This document shows positions 9,231-18,267 of a DNA stretch of 64,000 nt, one piece after another. The stretch comes from a virus. Location: positions 96,001 through 160,000 of the IMG/VR virus record IMGVR_UViG_3300036770_006434. One strand, written 5' to 3'. The translations under genes and the position numbers were made by a program. Within the stretch, counting starts at the first letter, position 1. Every line of letters begins with the position of its first letter. Under the pieces are notes generated by a model. The model ran no database searches and had not been told where the DNA came from. It was given only the letters and a program-made list of their open reading frames with translations.

Positions 9231-9418
9231 TTGGTCTTCTTGGGGGTCAAATACTCTACCTGCATGGGTGCAAATACGGAGAGGCACGGGAACATGATAC
9301 CACCCGAGTGAGGTGGACAACAGTGCTTACCGCTCTTGTTGACGTAGGGGGCCTCCCTACCGTGGGTGTTGCACCACCATATACCATCCGGCTCTTGATA
9401 CTTGGATAGCGTGGTCAT
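9227..9418 (-). CDS. Small Cys/His-containing hypothetical protein
   Basis: MTTLSKYQEPDGIWWCNTHG...HCCPPH; translationally coupled at both ends. Confidence 0.5.
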   Translation of the reverse strand: MTTLSKYQEPDGIWWCNTHGREAPYVNKSGKHCCPPHSGGIMFPCLSVFAPMQVEYLTPKKTK

Positions 9419-9419
9419 A

Positions 9420-9509
9420 TCAAGCAATAGGCAACCCATGCTTCATCACCAGATTCTCCGAGGATGGGTCCGAGGACATTGACGTAAGAAAAAGTCGTGG
9501 TTCTGGCAT
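9420..9509 (-). pseudogene. 29-codon remnant duplicating the N-terminus of the GT at 8358-9230
   Basis: MPEPRLFLTSMSSDPSSENLV versus MSAPRLFLTSMSSDASAENPV, 16 of 21 residues identical; preceded by AGGGGA. Confidence 0.7.
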
Positions 9510-9548
9510 ATTTCCCCTAGTCTCTAAGTTTTACGTCCAGAGTCAAGT

Positions 9549-10379
9549 CTATTCCCGCCAAGACGGCAGGTTATGCCTGTATTTCGGCATGGCCAGCAAA
9601 TCTTCCATCGTCTTCGCGGCTTCCGAAGAATGCTTGTCGCGGTTATCCCAGACCGGCCGCCAGAACTCGGAGCGTTTAAGCCTCTGTTCCAGATTGAGAT
9701 ATCCGAGATGGTAGACAAAGGGGATTTCTCCACCCTCCATTTGGCCGACCAGCAAAAAAGACGGCAGAGCGGTGTTCATGATGGCGGCGGCGTTGACCAA
9801 TTCTCGGGTCTCTTTGTGAATCGCATCACAGGTGTCGCTTTTCGTCTTGTCGATGGACCCATCCTCTCGGTAAGCCCACTTCACTACTCCTCGGGTGATG
9901 TGCGGCAGATTCTTGTGGAGATACCATTTTAGACCGGTCTTGGCGTATCTGTCCTCTCTTTCAATCAGGTCAACGACAGGAATCAGAAATGCTTCATACT
10001 GACTGTGTTCCAGTTCTTGCGCCAGACGCTCCCAAAACCGACGCTGGCGTGGGATCAGGACTTCATCCAAGTCCAAGAGGATGCAGAATTTCTCCGTGCA
10101 TTTCTCCAAGGCAGCGGCCTTCCCTCGACCATCAAATTCCGGGTCAGTGTAGGGGATATCAATGTCTACCACCTCGGTCTTAGTCTGGCTCCACGGGTTC
10201 TGGAACTTCCACTGCTTAAAGAAATCCCGCAGGACCTTCGCGGTGTCGTCCTCAGATTTGTTCACGGCGATCACGATTTGGCCGGACCCGCGCAGGAAGG
10301 ATAGCCAGTTTGTAAGGACAGGCTTCCAATCGAAACCAGCGGAAATAATGTTAAAGGAGCTGTTGTAAATGCTGAACAT
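9549..10379 (-). CDS. GT2-like glycosyltransferase
   Basis: 'QIVIAVNKSEDDT...AAALEKCTEKFCILLDLDEVL' (DxD); 'FVYHLGYL'. Confidence 0.75.
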   Translation of the reverse strand: MFSIYNSSFNIISAGFDWKPVLTNWLSFLRGSGQIVIAVNKSEDDTAKVLRDFFKQWKFQNPWSQTKTEVVDIDIPYTDPEFDGRGKAAALEKCTEKFCILLDLDEVLIPRQRRFWERLAQELEHSQYEAFLIPVVDLIEREDRYAKTGLKWYLHKNLPHITRGVVKWAYREDGSIDKTKSDTCDAIHKETRELVNAAAIMNTALPSFLLVGQMEGGEIPFVYHLGYLNLEQRLKRSEFWRPVWDNRDKHSSEAAKTMEDLLAMPKYRHNLPSWRE

Positions 10380-10387
10380 AGAATGAT

Positions 10388-10720
10388 TTATACGTTGTAA
10401 TCCGACAGTTTGTCGTATTCTTTCTTGGCGGGCAACAATTCTATGAGTCTCTTGATACGGTTATACTCCGCTTCACTCAAACTCCAACCCCAACTTCTAC
10501 GCTCAATCCACCCGCTAAAAGGAGGGGTTTCGCGAGGGTCTCGTTGACAAATGTTCTCTAAAAACCCACCGAAAATCTCAATCGGAACGTCCGTGACCAC
10601 GCCTTGCGGCCAAGTGTCCGATTTTTTCTCGTCCACCTCATCTTTGTGCGGAATAGCGATAAGGGCGGAAAACCATTGGGTCCCGGTATCTGTCACAAGG
10701 TAATGGCGTGTTTTGGACAT
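10388..10720 (-). CDS. Hypothetical protein
   Basis: 110-aa ORF filling the operon gap. Confidence 0.65.
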   Translation of the reverse strand: MSKTRHYLVTDTGTQWFSALIAIPHKDEVDEKKSDTWPQGVVTDVPIEIFGGFLENICQRDPRETPPFSGWIERRSWGWSLSEAEYNRIKRLIELLPAKKEYDKLSDYNV

Positions 10721-10726
10721 GGCGTT

Positions 10727-11554
10727 TTAGTTCCAGACGTGGAATGAATCTTTTTTTTCGTTTTCAGGAATCTCGCCCGGCGGCCAAGATTGGGTGCCGA
10801 GAACGTATTCCCACTCCCTGTCCGAGAACTTGGGGTAAACGTATCTCTCTTTGACCGGCCCATTAATCAACCAGAGTTGTTTGGTATCCGGGTAATGCAT
10901 CCATTTTGATCCATCCGGGTTCTCACGAACCGCTGTTCGCCCGTTGTCTACGACCATTCGCGGCCATGCCGTGAAATGAAGGTAGTCGTAATCCGAGTAG
11001 TATTTCTGAATCTGTTCTTCCCGCCAAATGACATGGTGGAACGGTCCCGCGCCCCCGTAAGTCAGCGGCAGGTTGTGTTCCATCTTCCTATAAAAATCGG
11101 TCCGCATAATATATGCCCTCTCCGAATAGATATGACGCTCTTCCTGAGTGTCGCAGACCGGCCCGGCTAGGCTGATGGACTTTACCACATATCCATCGCG
11201 GTCCATCTGATCCAACAGGTCCTTTAGGTCTTCAAACTCGTTTTGCCCCAAATCGCGGCCAAAGAACTGGTCATTCTGCAAGTAAATGACGAATGGACTG
11301 AAGACTGCCGCCATAAGGTCGCGCGTGCCAAGCCCGAGGCCACCATTGGTTCGGGGCATGATAAGGGTGTCGATCAGCCCCTCTTTCAGGTAGATTGTCG
11401 GGTAATCTGCCATCCCGTTGTGGAGATACACGACTTTGGTCGGAATCTTGACATGCTTCTTTATGGATTCGAGGCATGGTCTAGCGGCTTCCGGTTTTTG
11501 GAAGTCCAATACGGCGATGGTCAGTTCGGGTTCGGTGTAAGTGGGGAGATTCAT
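10727..11554 (-). CDS. GT2-like glycosyltransferase
   Basis: 'LTIAVLDFQKPEAARPCLESI...NGGLGLG...FVIYLQNDQFF'. Start trimmed to ATG 11554. Confidence 0.7.
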   Translation of the reverse strand: MNLPTYTEPELTIAVLDFQKPEAARPCLESIKKHVKIPTKVVYLHNGMADYPTIYLKEGLIDTLIMPRTNGGLGLGTRDLMAAVFSPFVIYLQNDQFFGRDLGQNEFEDLKDLLDQMDRDGYVVKSISLAGPVCDTQEERHIYSERAYIMRTDFYRKMEHNLPLTYGGAGPFHHVIWREEQIQKYYSDYDYLHFTAWPRMVVDNGRTAVRENPDGSKWMHYPDTKQLWLINGPVKERYVYPKFSDREWEYVLGTQSWPPGEIPENEKKDSFHVWN

Positions 11555-11558
11555 GTTT

Positions 11559-11780
11559 TTAGGTCCAGATTTCCATTTTGGGCGTTCCACGCCAGAGCGG
11601 TTCCCGATATTCAAGGGTCGCATAGTCTGGAACGTCCATCCAACAGCACGAGCATACTGGATGATCTACATGTGACTGCATCCATTTGCCGCCATACGCG
11701 CGGCGATACCAAGAGTATTCAGACATAAAGGCTGAAACGATGGTTGACCTAAAAACGGATTTTGAAAGTTTGATAATCAT
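11559..11780 (-). CDS. Small hypothetical protein
   Basis: 73-aa ORF coupled to the upstream GT4 by an ATGA overlap. Confidence 0.5.
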   Translation of the reverse strand: MIIKLSKSVFRSTIVSAFMSEYSWYRRAYGGKWMQSHVDHPVCSCCWMDVPDYATLEYREPLWRGTPKMEIWT

Positions 11781-12688
11781 GTGATACTGTTGTAAACCGA
11801 TTCAATCCTGCGGGCCACCCCGGCAGGTGACACCTTCTCTTTGAGGTTCAGGTTAAAATGGGATCGCAGCCGCAGCTTCATCTCCCTCATCCTGTCCCCG
11901 GACTCCTCGTTTACGAAATGCGAGATAAAGGCGGCGATTGACCGGGGGGTCGGATGGACATCCTCGTATTCAGGGAATAGGTCGGTGGGGAAGAGTTCCT
12001 CGCGAGTGGTCAGATCGTTACAGATAATGGGAATAGCGCCCGCCGCCGCGCTCTCCAACGGCGTCAATGAAAGTCCTTCAATTTTTCCCAAGCAGAAAAC
12101 GAAGTCCACCGAGTTATACACGATATTCAGGTTCTCGTCATTCAGAACCCCAAGATAGTCACCCCAACCGGGCTCGTTCCCGACAAGGCATAGGTCATTT
12201 TGCGTATACCCAAGGGTGTTGAGTGCCAGAGCGCCGAGGTTAAACCGTTTATTGGCATCCTGCCGGCGGCCCACATGGGCGAAGCGGTAGAACGGCTTGC
12301 GCGTCAAGTCCGGTCTGTGGGCGGCGGGCTTGATGGGCTGGTAGATAACCGTGGACTCAATCCCCAGATACTCTTTCAGCTGCCATTGCCCATACTCGGA
12401 AATGGCGCAAACCGCATCGGCGGCGACCAGTTGATCCCTAAGTCCACCCATATCGAAATTCGGCAAAAGGTGTATCGGGACATCCAAGCAGGTCAAAATC
12501 ACCTTGGCTCCCGGCTTAATCGTGCCATTGGACTTGTCTTTGACCACCTGTTCGTGCGAATTGTTGGAATACACCAAGTCCGCTTCGGTGATATACTCCG
12601 TTACCTCCCACCCGATTTCACGGAATCCATCCGCGATTCGCGGCACTTGCCCGGCAAAGTGAGTCGCGCCGTTTAGCCAGACCTTCAT
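11777..12688 (-). CDS. GT4-family glycosyltransferase (GT-B)
   Basis: 'YNSVDFVFCLGKIEGLSLTPLESAAAGAIPI' matches the E-x7-E motif of GT4. Confidence 0.8.
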   Translation of the reverse strand: MKVWLNGATHFAGQVPRIADGFREIGWEVTEYITEADLVYSNNSHEQVVKDKSNGTIKPGAKVILTCLDVPIHLLPNFDMGGLRDQLVAADAVCAISEYGQWQLKEYLGIESTVIYQPIKPAAHRPDLTRKPFYRFAHVGRRQDANKRFNLGALALNTLGYTQNDLCLVGNEPGWGDYLGVLNDENLNIVYNSVDFVFCLGKIEGLSLTPLESAAAGAIPIICNDLTTREELFPTDLFPEYEDVHPTPRSIAAFISHFVNEESGDRMREMKLRLRSHFNLNLKEKVSPAGVARRIESVYNSIT

Positions 12689-12951
12689 GCCTCGTCCTCT
12701 TTTTCCGCAATGGACAGGTATTCGTCCTGCGGCACTAGCTCGGACAGGATTTGGGAATCCACCCCGCCGTTAGTCCCCAAATACCCGCGAAGTGCAGCCA
12801 GAGCCGTGTCCAAATCGTCAAAAGTGCCGACCGGCGCACCGTCCACCCCGACATACCAGATGCGGACATACTCGTTGTCAGTGGGTTTTCCTGTTTTTTC
12901 CTTGAAGGCCGCTGCCGAGGAAGCGGGGGACGTGTGTTTGGAGTGAGACAT
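12685..12951 (-). CDS. Hypothetical protein, first gene of the leftward block
   Basis: ATG 12951 (MSHSKH...). The upstream extension in the ORF track reads like non-coding sequence. Confidence 0.55.
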   Translation of the reverse strand: MSHSKHTSPASSAAAFKEKTGKPTDNEYVRIWYVGVDGAPVGTFDDLDTALAALRGYLGTNGGVDSQILSELVPQDEYLSIAEKEDEA

Positions 12952-12986
12952 GGGATTTATGCGATATTGAATGGCGGCAGTTTCCA

Positions 12987-13014
12987 ATGATAAGGATACT
13001 GGTAAGTGAGTCAA
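12987..13014 (-). promoter_or_regulatory. Putative sigma70-type promoter driving the leftward GT/MT block
   Basis: TTGACT-N16-TATCAT on the minus strand, 36 nt before ATG 12951. Confidence 0.5.
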
Positions 13015-13165
13015 GTCAAAAAGGTAAACCAGTATCAAGAGATAGATTCTAACGTAAACAACCACAACTACCACACAGTTCCACTTCCCCCAGTTCACCC
13101 TAATATATGTCCTGTTCTTTTTTGTTGGGCCAAAACCTGTGTTACGGAAATGTGTCGTAAATCGG

Positions 13166-13187
13166 ACAGTTTGAACGGCCAAACTGT
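13166..13187. repeat. Perfect 8-bp inverted repeat
   Basis: ACAGTTTG-aacggc-CAAACTGT between the divergent promoters. Confidence 0.7.
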
Positions 13188-13242
13188 TTGTGGGCTAAAC
13201 CATTGACGATAGATGAGTTATGAAAATAATGCGACTTTATGC

Positions 13243-13270
13243 TTGACATATCGCACAACTGTTGTATAAT
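13243..13270 (+). promoter_or_regulatory. Consensus sigma70-type promoter with a palindrome in the spacer
   Basis: TTGACA-N16-TATAAT; ACAAC-T-GTTGT at 13255-13265. A weaker TTGACG-N16-AATAAT lies at 13203-13230. Confidence 0.75.
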
Positions 13271-13582
13271 CTGAGGAGGCTCGGCGACGAAGATTATGCT
13301 AACCAAGCGAGCCTTAAGCGAGCGCGCATCGTGAGGACAACGTCCGAACGATATAGTTCGGGGCGGTGAACTGGCGGGCGTGAATCTGGTTCATTCGACA
13401 GACGGCGTTCAAGGGGACACATTCTCGCCGCAATGGGCGCGGACGCAAGTCAAAACGGTAACGCGGCCAACAGGGCGATCCTTGCCTTCCAATACTTTCG
13501 ATGTGCTCCAAGCAGCCCATCGAGCGCCTAGCGGCGCACCGACTGCGGGTAATACACTTCGTTAATAAAAAAAACGTATTGA

Positions 13583-13650
13583 AACCGAGGCTTGCCGAGG
13601 TTAGCCGAGCCTGCGAGGCTTAACGGGGGTGGCAGGGGGTCGCCCCCGCC
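13583..13650. other. Cluster of GAG...CGA-type imperfect hairpins followed by a G/C-run hairpin
   Basis: AACC-GAG-GCTTGC-CGA-GGTT, AGCC-GAG-CCTG-CGA-GGCT, GGGGGTGGCAGGGGGTCGCCCCCGCC. Confidence 0.6.
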
Positions 13651-13724
13651 GTAAAACGTAGGACAGATACGCGATTAACCCTTTAACGGTAAACAAGGAC
13701 TCACGGCTGCCGCTACCCCACGCT

Positions 13725-13846
13725 TTGCGCTTCACGACAGGCTGGGCTAGCGCCAAATGAAGGGTGTTTAGCGCTTATGGCGGCAAGCGGGAAAAGCGTT
13801 CAACGTTTTACGGTGTCTTGCGCTTCACGACGAATGGGCTGGCGCC
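13725..13846 (+). repeat. Two-copy direct repeat, 93-nt period
   Basis: TTGCGCTTCACGAC at 13725-13738 and 13818-13831, each followed by TGGGCTnGCGCC. Confidence 0.8.
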
Positions 13847-13978
13847 TGTAACGGGTGGGCGCTTAATAGGGGTCGAATACCCTTAATGAGATATATTCTC
13901 AATTATTTGCTTGCCTACTTTTGCATACTTGCCATTATAGTATGCCATAGACAGACATACACCTACTCTTTTACCTCT

Positions 13979-14386
13979 ATGACCCTTTTGGATATCCAGA
14001 ATCAGATAGTAAACCACTTCTCCAGTAGCTCCTCGTCTTTCTCCCTTGCCGCGAATCTGGCGGCAATCAAGGTGCCGGCCACCTTTTCGGAGCACAAAGC
14101 GGCCATGGTAAAAGCAGTCATGGCGGAATTGGAGAAAATGGGTATGGTCAAACCTCTGGACGCCGAAACTTGGATTCTGACCTCCCCGCTGGGCAGCAAT
14201 GGGCAGCAAATCGAGATTTCCTACGCCCTTTCCAACGCGATTGCCGAGGAAATCAAGGCTTACGCCGATGCCAACGACTTGGAATGGACGGTTGACCCGC
14301 TCAACCTCCATGAGGGCAACTTCCTCATGCTTTTAGCCATTATCAATGACCTTCGGTCGGATGACCCGGAAGGCGACGAAAGCTGA
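13979..14386 (+). CDS. Hypothetical protein
   Basis: MTLLDIQNQ...; start trimmed to ATG 13979 because the upstream extension is low-complexity AT-rich sequence. Confidence 0.7.
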   Translation: MTLLDIQNQIVNHFSSSSSSFSLAANLAAIKVPATFSEHKAAMVKAVMAELEKMGMVKPLDAETWILTSPLGSNGQQIEISYALSNAIAEEIKAYADANDLEWTVDPLNLHEGNFLMLLAIINDLRSDDPEGDES

Positions 14387-14399
14387 ACCATTTTTTACT

Positions 14400-14690
14400 A
14401 TGACCACCTTCACCGGACCACTCGAAACCACTATCTTAGCTGCCCTCAGTCTGTGGGCGGTTTTTTACCTGATCAATTACGCGGACATCCTGAATAAACC
14501 ACGGGACTTCTTCAAGAAATTCTCCCCGAACTGGCTGAAATACCTGCTTTCCTGCGCGCTGTGCTTCTCGTTCTGGGCGCTGACCGCTATCTCGCTATTC
14601 GTCGGGTTTACCCCGCTGATCCTGTGGACACCGGTCGTGACGCTGTTTGTGGAACTGGGGTTCCGAAAACTGGCGGGAAAAGACAAGTAA
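14400..14690 (+). CDS. Small membrane protein, DUF1360-like
   Basis: Hydrophobic segments and 'LLSCALCFSFW' (CxxCxSxW). Confidence 0.55.
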   Translation: MTTFTGPLETTILAALSLWAVFYLINYADILNKPRDFFKKFSPNWLKYLLSCALCFSFWALTAISLFVGFTPLILWTPVVTLFVELGFRKLAGKDK

Positions 14691-14691
14691 A

Positions 14692-15168
14692 ATGAACAAT
14701 TATCCATTCAAGTTTCGGGTATGGAGCGAAACCGCCAAGCAGTGGATGAACCATGTTGCCGTGATAAACTGCCAAGGAGAGGTTTTTAGCCATTTCGTGG
14801 AGGTAAACGAAGAAAAACGCGAGGCGCGCGACCGTCTTGTCAATCTTGCTCGTCACCAGCCCGTGGTTGAACGGTGGACCGGTCTTGTAGATATCAACGG
14901 CAAAGAAGTGTATGAAGGGGATATTTGCCGCGAGAGTTGGACCGCGCCTTGCGGCCAAATGGAGTCGATTTATGTGGTGCGTTTTGGAGCGTATAAAGAT
15001 GGCGAGGGTTTTCCAAACGTCGGATTTTATACAGATAGCGACCTCAGCGACGAAACACTCGTTAATCCCGGCGGAAACTTATACCCAAACAACGACCGAT
15101 GGTATGTTGTTGGGAACATCCATGAAAACCCTCGTCTTTTAACTCATTCGTCCACATCTATTCCATGA
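14692..15168 (+). CDS. YopX-family protein
   Basis: 'FKFRVW...WTGLVDINGKEVYEGDI...YVVGNIHENPRLL'. Confidence 0.85.
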   Translation: MNNYPFKFRVWSETAKQWMNHVAVINCQGEVFSHFVEVNEEKREARDRLVNLARHQPVVERWTGLVDINGKEVYEGDICRESWTAPCGQMESIYVVRFGAYKDGEGFPNVGFYTDSDLSDETLVNPGGNLYPNNDRWYVVGNIHENPRLLTHSSTSIP

Positions 15169-16307
15169 TTGAAAAACTCAATGTCCGCGTAGCCTGCAAC
15201 AGCCTAAGTCTTGGACAGGTCGGCTTTAATATCGTCCGCGAACTGTATAAGCGCAGAATCAAGTGTTCCATCTTCCCGTATGGTGGCGTTGACTTGTCTG
15301 CCTACAAAGTGGACCCCCAATTCGGGGCTTGGCTCACCAAATCGGTGAACGAGCGGTATACGTCCCTAGATAGGAAAATTCCCACCCTGAATTGCTGGCA
15401 CCTGCGGGATTCCGAACTCCGGCTGAGTGACAAACAGGTTACGCTTTCGTTTCACGAAACGGACCAGCCGACGAATGAAGAGGTCAATATCGTAAACCAG
15501 CAGGATTACACATTTTTCTCCTCCTCTTGGTCGGTGGACAACTTCCTGACATTTGGCGCGAAAAACGTGGGCTTCGTCCACCTTGGGCTGGACCCCGATT
15601 TCGTGCCGGCCGCCGGTTCGATGTTCCCGCCGGAAGTGACCCATTGGATTTGTGTCGGCAAATGGGAGGACCTGCGCAAGATGACTGGGCAGAAAATCGC
15701 GACTTGGATCAAGAGGTATGGCGGGAATCAGAGCCATCAATTGACCATTTGCGTGAACAACCCGTTCTATCAGAAGCGCCGGCTTCCCGACGGTCGGGTG
15801 GAGGGGTTTGACATGAATGACGTGTATGCGCGGCTGTTCGGCAGCGCGGACTGGCCGCGAGCCAAGCCGTCCAACGTTAATGTCCTGCCGCACCTGAAGA
15901 CAAACGCGGAAATGGCCAGTCTCTACCAATCAGCCGACATTGATCTGTCCGGCATCTCCCGCGCGGAGGGGTATAACCTCCCCGCCTTTACGGCGACCGC
16001 TTTCGGCAAGTGGAGTATTGTCACCAACTGTTCTGCCCACAAAGATTGGGCGACAGCCGAAAACAGTATCCTTATCGAGCCGACGGGCAGCGTCAAAGCG
16101 GTGGACGGGTTCTTCTTCCGTGAAGGCGACCAGTTCAGCTCCGGCAATATGTTCGACTTTGCGCCTGATGCCATTGAGGAAGCCATGATTAGGGCGGAAA
16201 AACTGGCGAAGACCCCGAATCCAGCCGGTCTGGAACTCGGTAAAACACTGACTTACAAGCATACGGTTGACCGTATTCTGGATAAAATCGAAGAGATTTC
16301 GGTGTAA
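15165..16307 (+). CDS. GT4-like glycosyltransferase
   Basis: 'CVGKWEDLRK...LYQSADIDLSGISRAEGYNLPAF...IVTNCSAHKDW'. Confidence 0.75.
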   Translation: MIEKLNVRVACNSLSLGQVGFNIVRELYKRRIKCSIFPYGGVDLSAYKVDPQFGAWLTKSVNERYTSLDRKIPTLNCWHLRDSELRLSDKQVTLSFHETDQPTNEEVNIVNQQDYTFFSSSWSVDNFLTFGAKNVGFVHLGLDPDFVPAAGSMFPPEVTHWICVGKWEDLRKMTGQKIATWIKRYGGNQSHQLTICVNNPFYQKRRLPDGRVEGFDMNDVYARLFGSADWPRAKPSNVNVLPHLKTNAEMASLYQSADIDLSGISRAEGYNLPAFTATAFGKWSIVTNCSAHKDWATAENSILIEPTGSVKAVDGFFFREGDQFSSGNMFDFAPDAIEEAMIRAEKLAKTPNPAGLELGKTLTYKHTVDRILDKIEEISV

Positions 16308-16308
16308 C
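16302..16308 (+). promoter_or_regulatory. Putative late promoter -10 element GTGTAAC
   Basis: AAA ends 14 nt upstream; 24 nt before ATG 16333. Confidence 0.6.
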
Positions 16309-16332
16309 CAACTGAATAGACCAATTACTACC

Positions 16333-17052
16333 ATGCCATTTGATCTTTGCGCCATTGCCGGAGTCACATACGAAGACCAGTCTCTTCTCAAAACCGTCCG
16401 AAAGGAAGCTGACAAAAAGTTCTCGAAAGACTCTTATACCAAAAACCTCTGGGTCCTTCGCGAATACAAGAAGCGCGGCGGCAAGGTGAAGTATGAGGGG
16501 CGGAAACCGGCACGAAAGGAAATCAAGAAGCAAGTAACCGCTTCCATTGATTTCGAGATGGAGGCCGTTCGTCTAAGCATTCCCGCCGAAATCGAAGCCG
16601 CCAACGCTTCGGCAGACTCGGATATCCGCGATTTGGTGGAAGACCTTCAGACTTACGCCTATTGTGTGGAGGCTGATGAGGATGATACGGACGGATTCAT
16701 GCAGGACTTTGTGGAAGAGGCGGCGAAAAAGAAGAAGAATGTGAAGCTGAACAAACCGTTCCGCACTCCGGGTGGCCCGAAGAAATTCGCGGTATACGTG
16801 AAGAATGAGAAGGGCAATATCGTGATGGTTAGGTTTGGCGATCCTTCGTCCGAGATAAAGCGCGATGACCCCGAACGGCGTAAGAATTTCCGCGCTCGTC
16901 ATAACTGTGATAATCCCGGCCCAAAAACGAGGGCCAAATTCTGGTCTTGCCGGCTGTGGGCTCGTAAGCCCGTTTCCGACATCGTCGGCAGCGAAAACGA
17001 AAGTGCATTGAAAGAGATTTTTGGCGAAGTAGAGGTAGAAGAGTCAGAATGA
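16333..17052 (+). CDS. Conserved phage two-domain protein (ChaB/DUF5872-like N-terminus, 'RFGDP...RRKNFRARHxC...FWSC' C-terminus)
   Basis: 'SYTKNLWVLREYKKRGG' and 'KLNKPFRTPGGPKKFAVYV...RFGDP...RRKNFRARHNCD...KFWSCRLW' are recurrent motifs in phage proteins; preceded by the late motif. Confidence 0.6.
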   Translation: MPFDLCAIAGVTYEDQSLLKTVRKEADKKFSKDSYTKNLWVLREYKKRGGKVKYEGRKPARKEIKKQVTASIDFEMEAVRLSIPAEIEAANASADSDIRDLVEDLQTYAYCVEADEDDTDGFMQDFVEEAAKKKKNVKLNKPFRTPGGPKKFAVYVKNEKGNIVMVRFGDPSSEIKRDDPERRKNFRARHNCDNPGPKTRAKFWSCRLWARKPVSDIVGSENESALKEIFGEVEVEESE

Positions 17053-17837
17053 AGTATTACGTATACGTTATTTTAGACCCATTTACGGGTCCATATGATT
17101 GTTTTGAACACCATCCTATCTACATCGGAAAGGGAACTGGAAACCGTTGCGAAATGCACCTAAAACTCGGATTTGAAGAAGACTCAAACAGGGTAAAAAG
17201 TTCTAGAATAAAGAAAATAATGTCAAAAGGTAAAAAACCTGTGATTTTGAAGGTTTTTCATACGGATGACGAGACCGAAGCATACGAACACGAGGAGTCT
17301 TTGATAGCAAAATATGGAGTTTTTGGTGATGGTATTTTGACAAATCTAACCCCAAGTTGTAGACCACCAAGCAGAAAAGGCGCGATTATATCACAGGAAC
17401 AAAGAGATATTGTTGGAAAAGCCGCCAGAAAAAGACTTTTAGGTAAGACATATGAAGAATTATACGGAGACCGTGCCGAAGAAGTAAAAAAGAAGATTGG
17501 GGCCGCAACCAGAAGACGGGCAAAAGACATTAAAACGGAAACTCGCGAAAAACTGAGCAAATCAAACGTTAGATCATACGTGGAAATATATGGATCAGTA
17601 GAAGAGGCGGAAAGACATAAAAAAATACGATCAGAAGCAAGAAAAGGGAAGAAAAGAACTCCAGAGCAAAGAGCGAGAATGGCAGAGTTAAATAGAAAAA
17701 CAAGAGAAAAATTTGGAAACGACAAAAGCAAAACTTGGAATGGAGTTAGGTATAATACTACCAAAGAAGCAATAAAAGCGTCAGGTCTTTCCTCGGGAAG
17801 ATTTTACAAATTCTTACATAGCACACAAACGAATTAA
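17049..17837 (+). CDS. Free-standing GIY-YIG-like homing endonuclease with NUMOD3-like repeats
   Basis: 'YYVYVILDP...PIYIGKGTGNR...EAYEHEESLIAKYG...LTNL'; 'KGKKRTPEQRARMAE'; strongly A-rich. Confidence 0.8.
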   Translation: MKYYVYVILDPFTGPYDCFEHHPIYIGKGTGNRCEMHLKLGFEEDSNRVKSSRIKKIMSKGKKPVILKVFHTDDETEAYEHEESLIAKYGVFGDGILTNLTPSCRPPSRKGAIISQEQRDIVGKAARKRLLGKTYEELYGDRAEEVKKKIGAATRRRAKDIKTETREKLSKSNVRSYVEIYGSVEEAERHKKIRSEARKGKKRTPEQRARMAELNRKTREKFGNDKSKTWNGVRYNTTKEAIKASGLSSGRFYKFLHSTQTN

Positions 17838-17846
17838 CCTCACTCT

Positions 17847-18266
17847 ATGCCCGCTTACGATTTTGAGAATCCAGAAACCGGAGAAGTCATTTCCGCCTAT
17901 ATCCCTTTGACTGCGCCTGACTCTGCGCGCCAGTTCCAAGTGATTGACGGCAAGACCTATAAGCGTGTCTACTCCTCGCCGCTGGCCGCCGTGGACCTAG
18001 CCACCCGTCAAGGAGATGGAACAAAGAATGACTTTTATCGCGTTACCACGGGTAAACGCGGCATGAAAGTCGGAGACCTTTGGGAAATCTCACAGTCCAT
18101 GAGCGATAAACGTAAAAACCTTATGGGCACGGACCCGGTCCACGAGGAATACTACCGCAATTACGAGAAGGAAAACGGCGAACGCCACTCAGACCTTGTC
18201 AAAAGGGAAAAAGCGGAAAAACTGAATGCCCGGCTGGCGGACATGGGGATCAAGATTAAAACCTGA
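17847..18266 (+). CDS. FmdB-like (Cys-less zinc-ribbon-like) phage protein
   Basis: N-terminus 'MPAYDFENPETGEV'. Confidence 0.5.
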   Translation: MPAYDFENPETGEVISAYIPLTAPDSARQFQVIDGKTYKRVYSSPLAAVDLATRQGDGTKNDFYRVTTGKRGMKVGDLWEISQSMSDKRKNLMGTDPVHEEYYRNYEKENGERHSDLVKREKAEKLNARLADMGIKIKT

Positions 18267-18267
18267 C

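Noticed and set aside
12952-13182. Upstream ORF-track extensions (12685..13182, 4914..5828, 8358..9320, 13886..14386, 14647..15168)
   Set aside because: The extensions overlap promoters or neighbouring genes and read as non-coding. Shorter starts fit the coupling pattern.
13296-13334. 12-aa mini-ORF MLTKRALSERAS after GAGGAGG
   Set aside because: The SD-to-ATG spacing is 16 nt, too long for efficient initiation, and there is no other support.
13725-13846. Possible CRISPR mini-array
   Set aside because: Only two imperfect copies with a 93-nt period, and no cas genes. Kept as a plain direct repeat.
12955-13975. tRNA or other known RNA gene in the large intergenic region (18550-18637 was also checked)
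   Set aside because: No cloverleaf with a T-loop GTTCRA and CCA end was recognisable by eye. A tRNAscan/Rfam run would be needed to exclude it fully.
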